Shown here one piece after another: positions 43,732 through 53,190 of a stretch of 64,000 bases of DNA. The notes beneath the pieces were generated by a model. That model was not told the origin of the DNA, made no database searches, and was given only the letters and a program-made list of their open reading frames with translations. Position 1 is the stretch's first letter, and each line of letters opens with the position of its first letter. The stretch is from an uncultured cyanobacterium (lineage in GTDB: Bacteria > Cyanobacteriota > Cyanobacteriia > Cyanobacteriales > Cyanobacteriaceae): positions 64,001 through 128,000 of the forward strand of contig CAVQBA010000001.1 of assembly GCA_963710605.1 (NCBI GenBank). Direction: 5' to 3'. The position numbers and the translations under genes are program-made.

Positions 43732-44812
43732 GATAATTTTGTCCTATTTTATCAAGATATCGATCGTAAATTAGTTGTGCCGTTTCTTTTAAGCGACTAT
43801 TTCCAGATTGAACTAATTCAGCATGAATTAAAAGTGGATGGACGAGACTAGATTGAAATTCTTCTCGATCGTATTGATAATATTTCATATCGCCAATAGT
43901 TTGAAAAAAAGCTATGTGACCATTAGGATCTGGTTTTAACTTGAATTTGACTGCTATTATACGAGTATGAGAATTACTTATGAGGTGTAAATTTGCACCA
44001 ATTGGACGAAGATAATCAGTTATCATTGAAGCGGCTAACTCACCAGCGATGAAGTAACCCTCAACTTTTACATTTTCTTTTATTTCATTTGCAACTTGTG
44101 CGAAGCTTTGATTTTGGATTGGTGAGAAAGTTTCTAAAAGTAGTTTGGCACGCAGTTGTTCGCTGTAACCTAATTCCCAGCGTTCAAGAAGCTTGACATA
44201 ATCAATAATTTCATACCTTTCGTGTGTATATTTTATATAATCCAATTCTTCTAGTTTTCTTAAAGAATTTCTGACTGTTTTAATAGTAACACCAGAGAAA
44301 AATGAAATTCTATTTTCAAAATTATCATCATTTTGTATCGTTAACATTGGTTGACTTAGCAACGCATACATAACTTGTAACGTACCATTAGTAATATCTA
44401 ACGATTTTGCTCCATTATTTACAGACGATTGATTTCTAACTAAAATATATACCCCCGAACTATTGAGATAAATTTGCCCATCGACATCAATAAATTCGAT
44501 ATTTTTTTCTAAAAGTCGATCGACTACCAAATTTGATAAACTGCGTGTAATCAGTAATGGTCTTTCTTTTGATTTGAGTCTTTCGCCTAACTGAACAAAA
44601 TATTGATTGAGTTGTTCTATAACATCATTTGTAATACCCGTTTTGATCTCGCAAATATAATTAACAGGTACCCCAGAAGTATTAATTGTTAGTTTTCCAT
44701 CAGCTAATACTTCACTGGAAAAATAAGGCTCTCCATCAATATTTGCCTCAACATTAGGTAGCGATTTAAGATAGTTAAGACACTTTTGGAAAAGTGGGTT
44801 TTTGGGTTGCAT
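43697..44812 (-). CDS. AbiEi-like type IV antitoxin / transcriptional regulator
   Basis: FIDVDGQIYL, LLERW..Y..LRAKL, GELAA, VHPLLIHAEL; overlaps the nucleotidyltransferase gene. Confidence 0.75.
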   Translation of the reverse strand: MQPKNPLFQKCLNYLKSLPNVEANIDGEPYFSSEVLADGKLTINTSGVPVNYICEIKTGITNDVIEQLNQYFVQLGERLKSKERPLLITRSLSNLVVDRLLEKNIEFIDVDGQIYLNSSGVYILVRNQSSVNNGAKSLDITNGTLQVMYALLSQPMLTIQNDDNFENRISFFSGVTIKTVRNSLRKLEELDYIKYTHERYEIIDYVKLLERWELGYSEQLRAKLLLETFSPIQNQSFAQVANEIKENVKVEGYFIAGELAASMITDYLRPIGANLHLISNSHTRIIAVKFKLKPDPNGHIAFFQTIGDMKYYQYDREEFQSSLVHPLLIHAELVQSGNSRLKETAQLIYDRYLDKIGQNYHAWLKREKSFK

Positions 44813-44981
44813 TATATTAATTGCCCACTTAATAACTGACAATATCAATTTTAATTATACACTGTTTAAAAGATTGAAAAAAACATAGATATTCACATAA
44901 AGGTAAATAAAGCAGAAAACTGCTGTTTGGATTATTAAGGATATTATAAGTACCCGCATAAAATTGTTTATATATTTATTT

Positions 44982-45005
44982 GTAGGGGTGCAAGGTTTGC
45001 ACCCT
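44982..45005 (+). repeat. GTAG-type REP hairpin
   Basis: GTAGGGGTGCAAGGTTTGCACCCT. Confidence 0.65.
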
Positions 45006-45117
45006 TGATTCTCATAAATAATAAATAAAATTTGCTCAAACTCGATCGAATTGATACTGTAATCCTTTAATCCTATTAATCCCGATAAAGGCAGGGGAGG
45101 GAGTATCTCTAAAACAA

Positions 45118-45831
45118 TTAACTAACCACTTTTGCTTTACCTTGACATAATAATTCTGTGGCTGATAATTGTAACGTCTTTATTTCCACATCTGTACCTA
45201 AATCAACTGCAAAATCATTTAATACAATCAAAGGCATTTCGGGTATTCCTTCCATCTGAATCGGGCATAAAGACAATGTATGACTATCTTTTGAAGTCAA
45301 ACAAGAAGTTAGTTTGAAACTGAAAGTGCGTTGTTGTTGATTAGTTAAAATCGCATCAAGCATAAATTTTTCTGGATAAATAGTTAATTTTTGCCAATCA
45401 AATTGATATTGGCTGACAATGTTATCGTAATTATCGATCGATTTTTCTTTTAACAATAACTCCATTAAATCAACTAACCCTTGTTGTAATAACGCTGAAT
45501 TTAAAGAAGTTTGTAAATCATTTTTGTTTAACTTGATTTCGCCATCAACAAAAATTGGTTGTAACAAATTCAATGGTTTACCTTTTAAAACTCCTCCTAG
45601 ATTAACCGCTATTTTTTCTGTTTTAACAGTAGCTTGATTAACATGAATACCTTGATAAACCGCTTTACTAGTAGTTAAAAAAACCTCATCTATTTTTCCT
45701 CTCAAAATCTTACTATCCCCTGCTGTGATTTTTATCTCTAAATCCTCTACTGTTTCTAACTGGGTTTTTAACCAATATTTAATCGCAGGATTTAAAAAAC
45801 GGGAAATGATTTCTGATTTACGTTTAACCAT
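45118..45831 (-). CDS. DUF2993 (LmeA-like) protein
   Basis: PAIKYWLKTQLETVEDLEIKI...GKPLNLLQPI. Confidence 0.7.
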   Translation of the reverse strand: MVKRKSEIISRFLNPAIKYWLKTQLETVEDLEIKITAGDSKILRGKIDEVFLTTSKAVYQGIHVNQATVKTEKIAVNLGGVLKGKPLNLLQPIFVDGEIKLNKNDLQTSLNSALLQQGLVDLMELLLKEKSIDNYDNIVSQYQFDWQKLTIYPEKFMLDAILTNQQQRTFSFKLTSCLTSKDSHTLSLCPIQMEGIPEMPLIVLNDFAVDLGTDVEIKTLQLSATELLCQGKAKVVS

Positions 45832-45941
45832 ATCGAGAGTTAAGAGTTAAGAGTTAAAAGTTAAGAGTTATAATTGTTAGACACGAACTTAATTTTTGAT
45901 TATCAATTGTCAATTGTCAATTGTCAATTACTATTTTACTT

Positions 45942-46775
45942 ATGTCTGAAAGAATTCAAAAAGTTTTACGTCAATGGGGTATCGCCTCCCGTAGAGAAGC
46001 AGAAAGGATGATTGAGGCAGGAAGAATCACCGTTAATGGTGTCACCTGTAAATTAGGAGATAAAGCTGACCCTTTTCAAGACAAAATAGTTGTAGATGGT
46101 AAAGAATTAACCAATACTTATCGCCCCAGATTATTTTATATTTTACTTCATAAACCTAAAGGGTATTTATGTACTTGCGACGATCCTCAAGGAAGAAAAA
46201 CTGTTTTAGATTTGTTGCCTCCTAATTTACGTCAAGGAAAAGGTATTCATACTGTGGGCAGACTCGATCGTAATTCCACTGGTGCATTAATCTTAACTAA
46301 TGATGGTGCTTTAACGATGGCTTTAACTCATCCTCGTTATCATCAACCGAAAACTTATCTAGTTACTTTAGAAGGCTCTATTGATGATGATAAATTAGAT
46401 ACATGGGCGAAAGGATTTGTGTTTGAAGGTAAACAAACTTTACCTGCGGATATTATTCTTAACGATCGATCTTCTAAACAGACTAAAATAAAAATTATCC
46501 TTCAAGAAGGGCGTAATCGTCAAATTCGTAAAATAGGCGAACATTTTGGTCATCCTGTCACTACTTTATACCGTCAATCGATCGGTATCTTAAATGTTTC
46601 TTCCTTAACTTTAGGTAAATATCGTTTATTAACTAAAGAAGAAATTACTAATCTGAAAAAAAATATTCCTACTTCTGACAACAAATCTCCATCTAAAAAT
46701 AATCCTCGCAAATTTTATCCAACTACTCAAAAAAACAAGAAAAAAGTAGTTAATAAAAAAAGATTACGATTCTAG
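45942..46775 (+). CDS. rRNA pseudouridine synthase (RsuA/RluB family)
   Basis: S4 domain SRREAE, HKPKG, GRLD, EGRNRQIR. Confidence 0.93.
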   Translation: MSERIQKVLRQWGIASRREAERMIEAGRITVNGVTCKLGDKADPFQDKIVVDGKELTNTYRPRLFYILLHKPKGYLCTCDDPQGRKTVLDLLPPNLRQGKGIHTVGRLDRNSTGALILTNDGALTMALTHPRYHQPKTYLVTLEGSIDDDKLDTWAKGFVFEGKQTLPADIILNDRSSKQTKIKIILQEGRNRQIRKIGEHFGHPVTTLYRQSIGILNVSSLTLGKYRLLTKEEITNLKKNIPTSDNKSPSKNNPRKFYPTTQKNKKKVVNKKRLRF

Positions 46776-46796
46776 AAGAATTGACAATTGATAATT

Positions 46797-46846
46797 GCGG
46801 TGGAAGCCCGCGTCGGCGAGAGACGCAAGGGAATGTCCACCAAGAC
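46797..46846 (+). mobile_element. 50-nt GC-rich structured element inserted in a (TTGACAA)n repeat
   Basis: GCGGTGGAAGCCCGCGTCGGCGAGAGACGCAAGGGAATGTCCACCAAGAC; removal restores the heptamer phase. Confidence 0.75.
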
Positions 46847-46905
46847 GACAATTGACAATTAAATATCGTTTTAAAATTATCAAGTATCAACTATTAACTA
46901 TTGAC

Positions 46906-48090
46906 GTGTTAATCAAATCAGCTTATTTACACATTCCTTTTTGTCGTCGAAGATGTTTTTATTGTGATTTTCCGATTACGGTATTAGGAGATAAAGGTGG
47001 CAATCGATATTCAAATTGGCAACAAGAATATGTCGATTTTATTTGTCAGGAAATAGAAATTACGGCTAGTTATCAAACTAATAATTTAGAGACGATATTT
47101 TTTGGTGGTGGTACTCCTTCATTATTAGCGATCGAAGGATTAACTAAAATTTTAGAAACTTTATCTCAATGTTTTACTATTAATAAAAATGCCGAAATAT
47201 CTTTAGAAATCGATCCAGCTACTTTTGATTTAGATAAGTTAAAAACATATCAAAAATTAGGAATAAATAGAGTTAGTTTAGGTGTACAATCTTTTCAAGA
47301 TAATCTCTTAGAAAAATGTGGGCGTACCCATACCCAAAAGGATATTTATCAATCAGTAGAATGGATTAATCAAGCAGGTTTTGATAATTGGAGTTTGGAT
47401 TTAATTTCGGGTTTACCCCATCAAACTATAACCGATTGGTCAGAATCTTTAATTAAAGCGATCGAACTTTCTCCTAAACATTTGTCTTGTTATGATTTAG
47501 TATTAGAGCCAACTACAGTATTCGGCAAAAAATATCAAGCTGGGGATAATCCCCTTCCTGCGGATGAAACTACGGCTCAAATGTATAAAATGGCTTCTGA
47601 AAAACTAACACAAGCAGGGTATATTCATTACGAAATATCCAATTATGCTAAGAAGGGTTATCAATGTCAGCACAATCAAGTTTATTGGTACAATCAACCT
47701 TACTATGCTTTTGGTATGGGGGCATCTAGTTATTATGATAATCAGCGATTTACTCGCCCACGTACTCGTCAAGAATATTTTGTTTGGTTGGAAAAATTAC
47801 GAAAACAACAAGGAAAATTAGATGTTAATAATCTGACGGAAAACGATCGATTATTAGAAACTTTAATGTTAGGTTTAAGATTAAAAGAAGGAGTTAATTT
47901 AGCCGATATAAATATTAAATTTGGTCAAGAAACTAGCGGAGAGATATTAAAATGTTTGTCTGATTTTATTAAACAAAAACTAGTTAATTATAATCAAAAT
48001 ACTCAACAACTAACTTTAACTGATCCTGAAGGATTTTTATACTCTAATACAGTGTTAACTGCTTTATTTACACAGTTCGATCGCCCTTAA
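46906..48090 (+). CDS. hemW: Radical SAM heme chaperone HemW
   Basis: YLHIPFCRRRCFYCDF, FGGGTPS, YEISNYA, HNQVYW; GTG 46906 chosen because the upstream extension is repeat-derived. Confidence 0.88.
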   Translation: MLIKSAYLHIPFCRRRCFYCDFPITVLGDKGGNRYSNWQQEYVDFICQEIEITASYQTNNLETIFFGGGTPSLLAIEGLTKILETLSQCFTINKNAEISLEIDPATFDLDKLKTYQKLGINRVSLGVQSFQDNLLEKCGRTHTQKDIYQSVEWINQAGFDNWSLDLISGLPHQTITDWSESLIKAIELSPKHLSCYDLVLEPTTVFGKKYQAGDNPLPADETTAQMYKMASEKLTQAGYIHYEISNYAKKGYQCQHNQVYWYNQPYYAFGMGASSYYDNQRFTRPRTRQEYFVWLEKLRKQQGKLDVNNLTENDRLLETLMLGLRLKEGVNLADINIKFGQETSGEILKCLSDFIKQKLVNYNQNTQQLTLTDPEGFLYSNTVLTALFTQFDRP

Positions 48091-48107
48091 TCCCCCTTAT
48101 AAAGGCA

Positions 48108-48267
48108 GGGCTGATTCATTCTTAAATTTTATAACTTCTATACCTAAGAAATAGCAGTAAATTTAGCTGTTTTTTTCTAATAATAAAAACATCATGTAAC
48201 CAAATCGATCGATCGTATAGTAATAATAGCTTCTAGCTATTTTCTTCTTCCGAGAATGAATCAGTCC
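48108..48267. mobile_element. 160-bp MITE-like element with 15-bp terminal inverted repeats
   Basis: GGGCTGATTCATTCT ... AGAATGAATCAGTCC (14/15 complementary), non-coding interior. Confidence 0.65.
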
Positions 48268-48320
48268 CCCTTACGAAGGGGGGTTGGGGGGATTGATCTG
48301 TCGTAGTATTATTAGAAAGA

Positions 48321-48345
48321 AGGTAGAATGATATTCTACCCCTAC
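48321..48345 (-). repeat. GTAG-type REP hairpin
   Basis: Minus strand GTAGGGGTAGAATATCATTCTACCT. Confidence 0.6.
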
Positions 48346-48398
48346 GGTGGAAAGATTATTTATCTGTTACTAATATTTGAGTAATTCATCTCATTATT

Positions 48399-49100
48399 TT
48401 AAACAGCTAAAAATTCTTGAATCACTCTTTGACTTAACTCACTAGTAGCACCAGAAGCAACAATACCGCCCTTTTGCATAGCGTAATAACGATCGGCTTG
48501 GCGGACAAAATGTAAATGTTGTTCAACTAAAAGAACAGATATACCAGTTTCTCTAATAATCTTTTTAACAGCCGCTTCTATTTCTAAAATAATCGAGGGT
48601 TGGATACCTTCTGTCGGTTCGTCTAACAATAGTAATTGCGGTTTGCCCATCAATGCACGAGCGATCGCTAATTGCTGTTGTTGCCCACCACTTAAGTCTC
48701 CTCCCATGCGATTTAACATCGTTTTTAAGACAGGAAACAATTCAAAAATATCTGATGGTATTTCTCTTTTAATTTTGCCATTATTAGGAATTGCTTCTAA
48801 ACCTAAAAGTAAATTTTCTTTAACTGTTACTCGTGGGATAACTTCTCTACCTTGAGGTACATAACCGATACCTAACTTAGCTCTTTTATCTGTGCTTAAT
48901 CGATCGATATATTTGTCTTTGAATTTCATTCCCCCCGTACGAGAATTTAATAAACCCATAATTGTTTTTAATAAAGTAGTTTTTCCTACTCCATTTCGCC
49001 CAATCAAACAAACCATTTCACCACTATTGATGTTTAAATCGACATTTCTTAAAATATGACTTTCGCCATAATAAACATTTAATTCTGATAAATTTAACAT
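48399..49100 (-). CDS. urtE: Urea ABC transporter ATP-binding subunit UrtE
   Basis: GRNGVGKT, LSGGQQQQ, LDEPTEGIQPSII. Confidence 0.92.
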   Translation of the reverse strand: MLNLSELNVYYGESHILRNVDLNINSGEMVCLIGRNGVGKTTLLKTIMGLLNSRTGGMKFKDKYIDRLSTDKRAKLGIGYVPQGREVIPRVTVKENLLLGLEAIPNNGKIKREIPSDIFELFPVLKTMLNRMGGDLSGGQQQQLAIARALMGKPQLLLLDEPTEGIQPSIILEIEAAVKKIIRETGISVLLVEQHLHFVRQADRYYAMQKGGIVASGATSELSQRVIQEFLAV

Positions 49101-49153
49101 GATATTTAAAAACAAAAAAATTTTACTTTAATTGATGAAAGAATTATTAATTA

Positions 49154-50254
49154 TTAACGACACAAACGATCGACAGTTTCAGGAGGTAAATTCAATAACT
49201 CAACTAACTCATTAAAAGCCTGATTGTTTAACTCATTAGCCTCGTTTCGATCGATAATTTGATAGCTTAACGCCAAAACTTGCTCTTTTTGTTCTTGATT
49301 TTCTAACAGAGGCACTAACTCAGTTAAAGGTATCTCTTCGGCTAAAAAGTTATTTAACTTTTGTTTTAACTCTTCTTCTTCCTCAGGGGAAGAGGCAAAT
49401 TGCTGACTTAAATTATCTAAAATTATTTGTTGTTGTTGAGAGTTTATATTATAATCAGCCCATGCGATCGTAGCGGCAATTCTAGCAATTACAATTTGAT
49501 CGGCTTCTAAAGTTGTTTCTTCTCCTAAATACACTTCAATTACACGGGGGTCATTTTGGATTTGGTTCATGTTACCCTCACACAAAACTGTACCTTGATG
49601 TAAGACAGTTACTTTTTCAGCAATTTGTCTGACAAACTCCATATCATGTTCAATGACAATAATAGAGTGATTTTTAGCTAAAGCAATTAAAAGATTACCA
49701 ACATTTTCTGTTTCTTCATCTGTTAAACCCGCTACTGGCTCATCTACTAATAATAAATCAGGGGATTGAGCAACTAGCATACCTATTTCTAAACGTTGTT
49801 TTTCGCCATGGGATAACAAATCGGCGTTAAGTTCGGCTTTGGATGTTAAACCGATCGTTTCTAGTAAACCTGCGACTTTGCGTCTATCTTCTGAAGACGG
49901 TTTTTGGAATAAAGTTGTTAAGACATTTTTATTTTTATTCGTCACTAAATCTAAATTTTCTCTGACTGTCAAATTCAAATATACTCTAGGTGTTTGAAAT
50001 TTACGCCCAATTCCTAAGCGGGCAATATTATGCTCACTGATATTACGCAGATTTTTACCTTTAAAAAGAACTTTACCTTCGGTTGGTTGTACTTTTCCTG
50101 TTATGACATCTAAAAAAGTCGTTTTTCCTGCACCGTTTGGTCCTATAATGACCCTTAATTCTCCTGATTCCATTGCGAAGTTAAGATGATTTAGTGCTTT
50201 AAAACCATCAAAATTAACGGTTAAGTTATCGATTTCTAAAATAGGTTGGTTCAT
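49154..50254 (-). CDS. urtD: Urea ABC transporter ATP-binding subunit UrtD with C-terminal TerB-like extension
   Basis: GPNGAGKT, GRKFQTP, LSHGEKQ, VIEVYLG, then about 120 extra residues with IAWAD. Confidence 0.88.
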   Translation of the reverse strand: MNQPILEIDNLTVNFDGFKALNHLNFAMESGELRVIIGPNGAGKTTFLDVITGKVQPTEGKVLFKGKNLRNISEHNIARLGIGRKFQTPRVYLNLTVRENLDLVTNKNKNVLTTLFQKPSSEDRRKVAGLLETIGLTSKAELNADLLSHGEKQRLEIGMLVAQSPDLLLVDEPVAGLTDEETENVGNLLIALAKNHSIIVIEHDMEFVRQIAEKVTVLHQGTVLCEGNMNQIQNDPRVIEVYLGEETTLEADQIVIARIAATIAWADYNINSQQQQIILDNLSQQFASSPEEEEELKQKLNNFLAEEIPLTELVPLLENQEQKEQVLALSYQIIDRNEANELNNQAFNELVELLNLPPETVDRLCR

Positions 50255-50362
50255 GTATTATCCGATCGTAGTCTTATTTTCTAAGATTGAAAATAATTAG
50301 ATATTGTTGAGTTGTTATATAGAAATGATAATTATTAATCGTCGATTGTCAATCATTAATTG

Positions 50363-50767
50363 TTATTTTGATTTTTGATTCTCTAATTGCTTTATTTTTT
50401 TTAGTTGTAGCAATTGTTTTTCTAGTTGGTTTTGTTTAGCTTCGATCGTTTGTAGTTTATTGAGTATTTGTTGAAAACATTTTTCTTGTTGAAAGTTAAT
50501 ATTTTCGGGAATAACTTTTTGAGAATTATTTTTGGCGAGATAATTTCTAAATATAAAAGGAGATTTGAAGATAAATAACCAAATTCGACCTACTAAAACA
50601 GGAATCATCTGAATTATTGCCCAAATAGTTAAAATAATTGTAATTAATAATATAAGTCCTAAAATTGGATGGGAAACAAAAAAACCAATCACAGGATGAT
50701 TAGCTATCCAATTATTTAACAAAGACTGTATAGTAGATTTAATGTTATAAGAAACTGCACTACTCAT
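50363..50767 (-). CDS. Hypothetical membrane protein
   Basis: Hydrophobic helix plus C-terminal coiled coil. Confidence 0.6.
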   Translation of the reverse strand: MSSAVSYNIKSTIQSLLNNWIANHPVIGFFVSHPILGLILLITIILTIWAIIQMIPVLVGRIWLFIFKSPFIFRNYLAKNNSQKVIPENINFQQEKCFQQILNKLQTIEAKQNQLEKQLLQLKKIKQLENQKSK

Positions 50768-50957
50768 GTTTTATCTATCTTAAGCAAATTTGATTATAAA
50801 GATGGAGATTGAATCTAATTATTTTAATACTGTTTAATTAATGTTAAGACTTAGTACTAATATAACAAGAGTAAAAAGCTTTAACAGTTAAGAGTTAAAA
50901 GTTAAGAGTTAAGAGTTAAGAGGCTATAAATTCACTACCGATTACTCTTTACTCCTT

Positions 50958-51060
50958 GCGGTGGAAGCCCGCTCAGGAGCGTAAGACGCAAGCGGTCAGA
51001 ACCCGCGACGACGGCAAGTCGCAAGGGAAGGCTGACCAAGACGGGAATGTCCACCAAGAC
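50958..51060 (+). mobile_element. Nested pair of ~50-nt structured elements in a (NTTACTC)n repeat
   Basis: Outer GCGGTGGAAGCCC...GGGAATGTCCACCAAGAC interrupted by inner GCGGTCAGAACCC...GGGAAGGCTGACCAAGAC (50992-51042). Confidence 0.78.
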
Positions 51061-51089
51061 ACTCCTTACTCATTACCCATTACTCATTT

Positions 51090-52601
51090 TTAGGCGTGTT
51101 CAATTTCGTGCATAATTTTTAGATATGAGGGAGTATTTGAATTGATTATCGCAGTATCAATGTGATTTTCGTCATAAATAGCTCTTTTAGCGTTATCTGC
51201 AATTACAGCATGAGAAAGTAACTCTAATGAATCAGCTTGTTGCAAATTATCTAATGCTTCTGCGTATTTACGACTATGACTATGTCTAACAGATTCTTGA
51301 CAATAATTTGATAATTCTCTACTTTCTGTCATCACTTCAAATGCCAGAATTTTATCTTCCTCGCTACCATATAATGCTTTACAAAGTAAGTTAACCATAG
51401 AAGCATCATGGTAAGGGATATGATATTTCTTTTCAATTTGGGGCCAATATTTGAGAGCTTTTAATCCTTCTAATGCACCTGTGTTTAATCCTGCATTTAT
51501 ACACCAATGTTCAAATTCTTCGACATTATGAGGACAACGATTGTGATCTCTCATTCCCTGTGCTAAAATCTCTCCTGCTCTAAAATTACGGGTAGGTTTA
51601 CCAGAAACAGGACGCATCATACTACCACGTACATCAGCAACGATCGCAGTTAATTGCGAAAAAGTATGGTCACGAACATTTTCGGTGAAACCGCCTTTAT
51701 TTAAGACTGCTTCAATCCGAGGAATGGCATAACCTAATTCAGTCAAAGCGATCGTCTGTTGACTATAAAGTTGATGTCTATCTTTTCTGCACATTGAGAC
51801 AGTTGCGGCTTGATCTAAACATTGATGAAGTAGTAAAGTCAGTAATGTCGGTAAAACACCTGGATTTTCTTTATGATATGTATAACCAAATCCGGCAAAA
51901 ATAGAAGACATATTTTTAGCCGCTTTAATATATTGGGCTTCTACATTATGAATACCAGGTGAAACTTGGATATTAGGTGAAAGTTGATTAAATAAATAAG
52001 CACCGATTAAGGCGGTTAAAGCATTAGGATGGCAAAAATTGGCAGTAAAACTATCAACGGGGTCTCTTAATGAGCCATGTCGATGAAAACCTGAGAAAAA
52101 GGCTAAATCAGGAAACTTCTCGCATAAAACATAAGCGTCTCCTGTATTTTCATCTTGGTTAAATGAACCTGATAAACAACCTAAAACTACATTATTACGA
52201 TCGAGTTTATCTTTGATATGACGTGCTTGTTTTAAATCTTCTTCAACATATTTACTGTTAGCGGTTAAAATAACTAGATCACATTTAGAAATTAAATATT
52301 CTAATGTATTCGGTATTAATTGACCTTCTTTTTTATGAGAAGACATTTGTTTTAACTTAGTTAAATGATTGGGGTCCATTCCCGTTATTTCTTCTTCAGA
52401 AAATGCACCTAACAGATTTCTGTCTGGGCGTGCGGCTAATAAAAGAGATTTAGGACTTTTTTGCATTGCCGAATTATAGGCAAGGGAAGCAGGATACAAA
52501 CCAACACTATAAAAGCCAACTTTAGCTTTACTTAATTTGCGTAATCTTTGTTTGATTGTTTTTTTGTCGAGAGCATCTTGATTAAAAAAATTATTTTTCA
52601 T
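51090..52601 (-). CDS. Hypothetical protein with divergent GpsA (glycerol-3-phosphate dehydrogenase)-like motifs
   Basis: CDLVILTANS, AAKNMSSIFAG, TRNFRAG, LEGLKAL in GpsA order. Confidence 0.5.
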   Translation of the reverse strand: MKNNFFNQDALDKKTIKQRLRKLSKAKVGFYSVGLYPASLAYNSAMQKSPKSLLLAARPDRNLLGAFSEEEITGMDPNHLTKLKQMSSHKKEGQLIPNTLEYLISKCDLVILTANSKYVEEDLKQARHIKDKLDRNNVVLGCLSGSFNQDENTGDAYVLCEKFPDLAFFSGFHRHGSLRDPVDSFTANFCHPNALTALIGAYLFNQLSPNIQVSPGIHNVEAQYIKAAKNMSSIFAGFGYTYHKENPGVLPTLLTLLLHQCLDQAATVSMCRKDRHQLYSQQTIALTELGYAIPRIEAVLNKGGFTENVRDHTFSQLTAIVADVRGSMMRPVSGKPTRNFRAGEILAQGMRDHNRCPHNVEEFEHWCINAGLNTGALEGLKALKYWPQIEKKYHIPYHDASMVNLLCKALYGSEEDKILAFEVMTESRELSNYCQESVRHSHSRKYAEALDNLQQADSLELLSHAVIADNAKRAIYDENHIDTAIINSNTPSYLKIMHEIEHA

Positions 52602-53190
52602 TTTAAAGTTCTATTAATTTCGGTTTTATGTTATTATCCAAAGCTTAGTAAGTTGAAATAGATAACAATTTTCAACTATGAAATTCTCTTCTCAACATCG
52701 TAAATGACTATTATTCTGTCAAAAAAATGAACTAAATAAAAATAAAAGAAAATAAAACAAATATAGCCTAAAAAGTTAAAAAGCTGATTCAAAACGGTTT
52801 TAATTTTTCATTTACATATTCCTATTTGTGATAATTGATAAGTATTATAAAAATACATAATAATTAAATTATTTAATTGTTCAGTTCCGATAACGAAGTT
52901 ATGAGAGTAAGTTTGATATCTAGTTAGAGATTAAATTTTTTACGTCAATAAATACTTGACGCTCATAGATTTTATGGGGATTAAAGTTATTGCTCTAAAA
53001 ATTTTTTGCCAAATAAGTTGATTTTTTTAGGTATTTAAACTCTTATTTGTCTTAAAATAAAGGAGCTAAAATACCTGTTTGATTAAATTAATCGTAGCAG
53101 AAACATTATGAACGAGCAAATAAACTTATTAGTTGAAGTTATTACTTTTCTTGATTGATGATTAGCTTTTTTGCTGTTAAAATCAACTTC

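Noticed and set aside
46795-46905. N-terminal extension of hemW (MRWKPASARDARE...)
   Set aside because: Comes from the 50-nt element and STRR; homology starts near GTG 46906.
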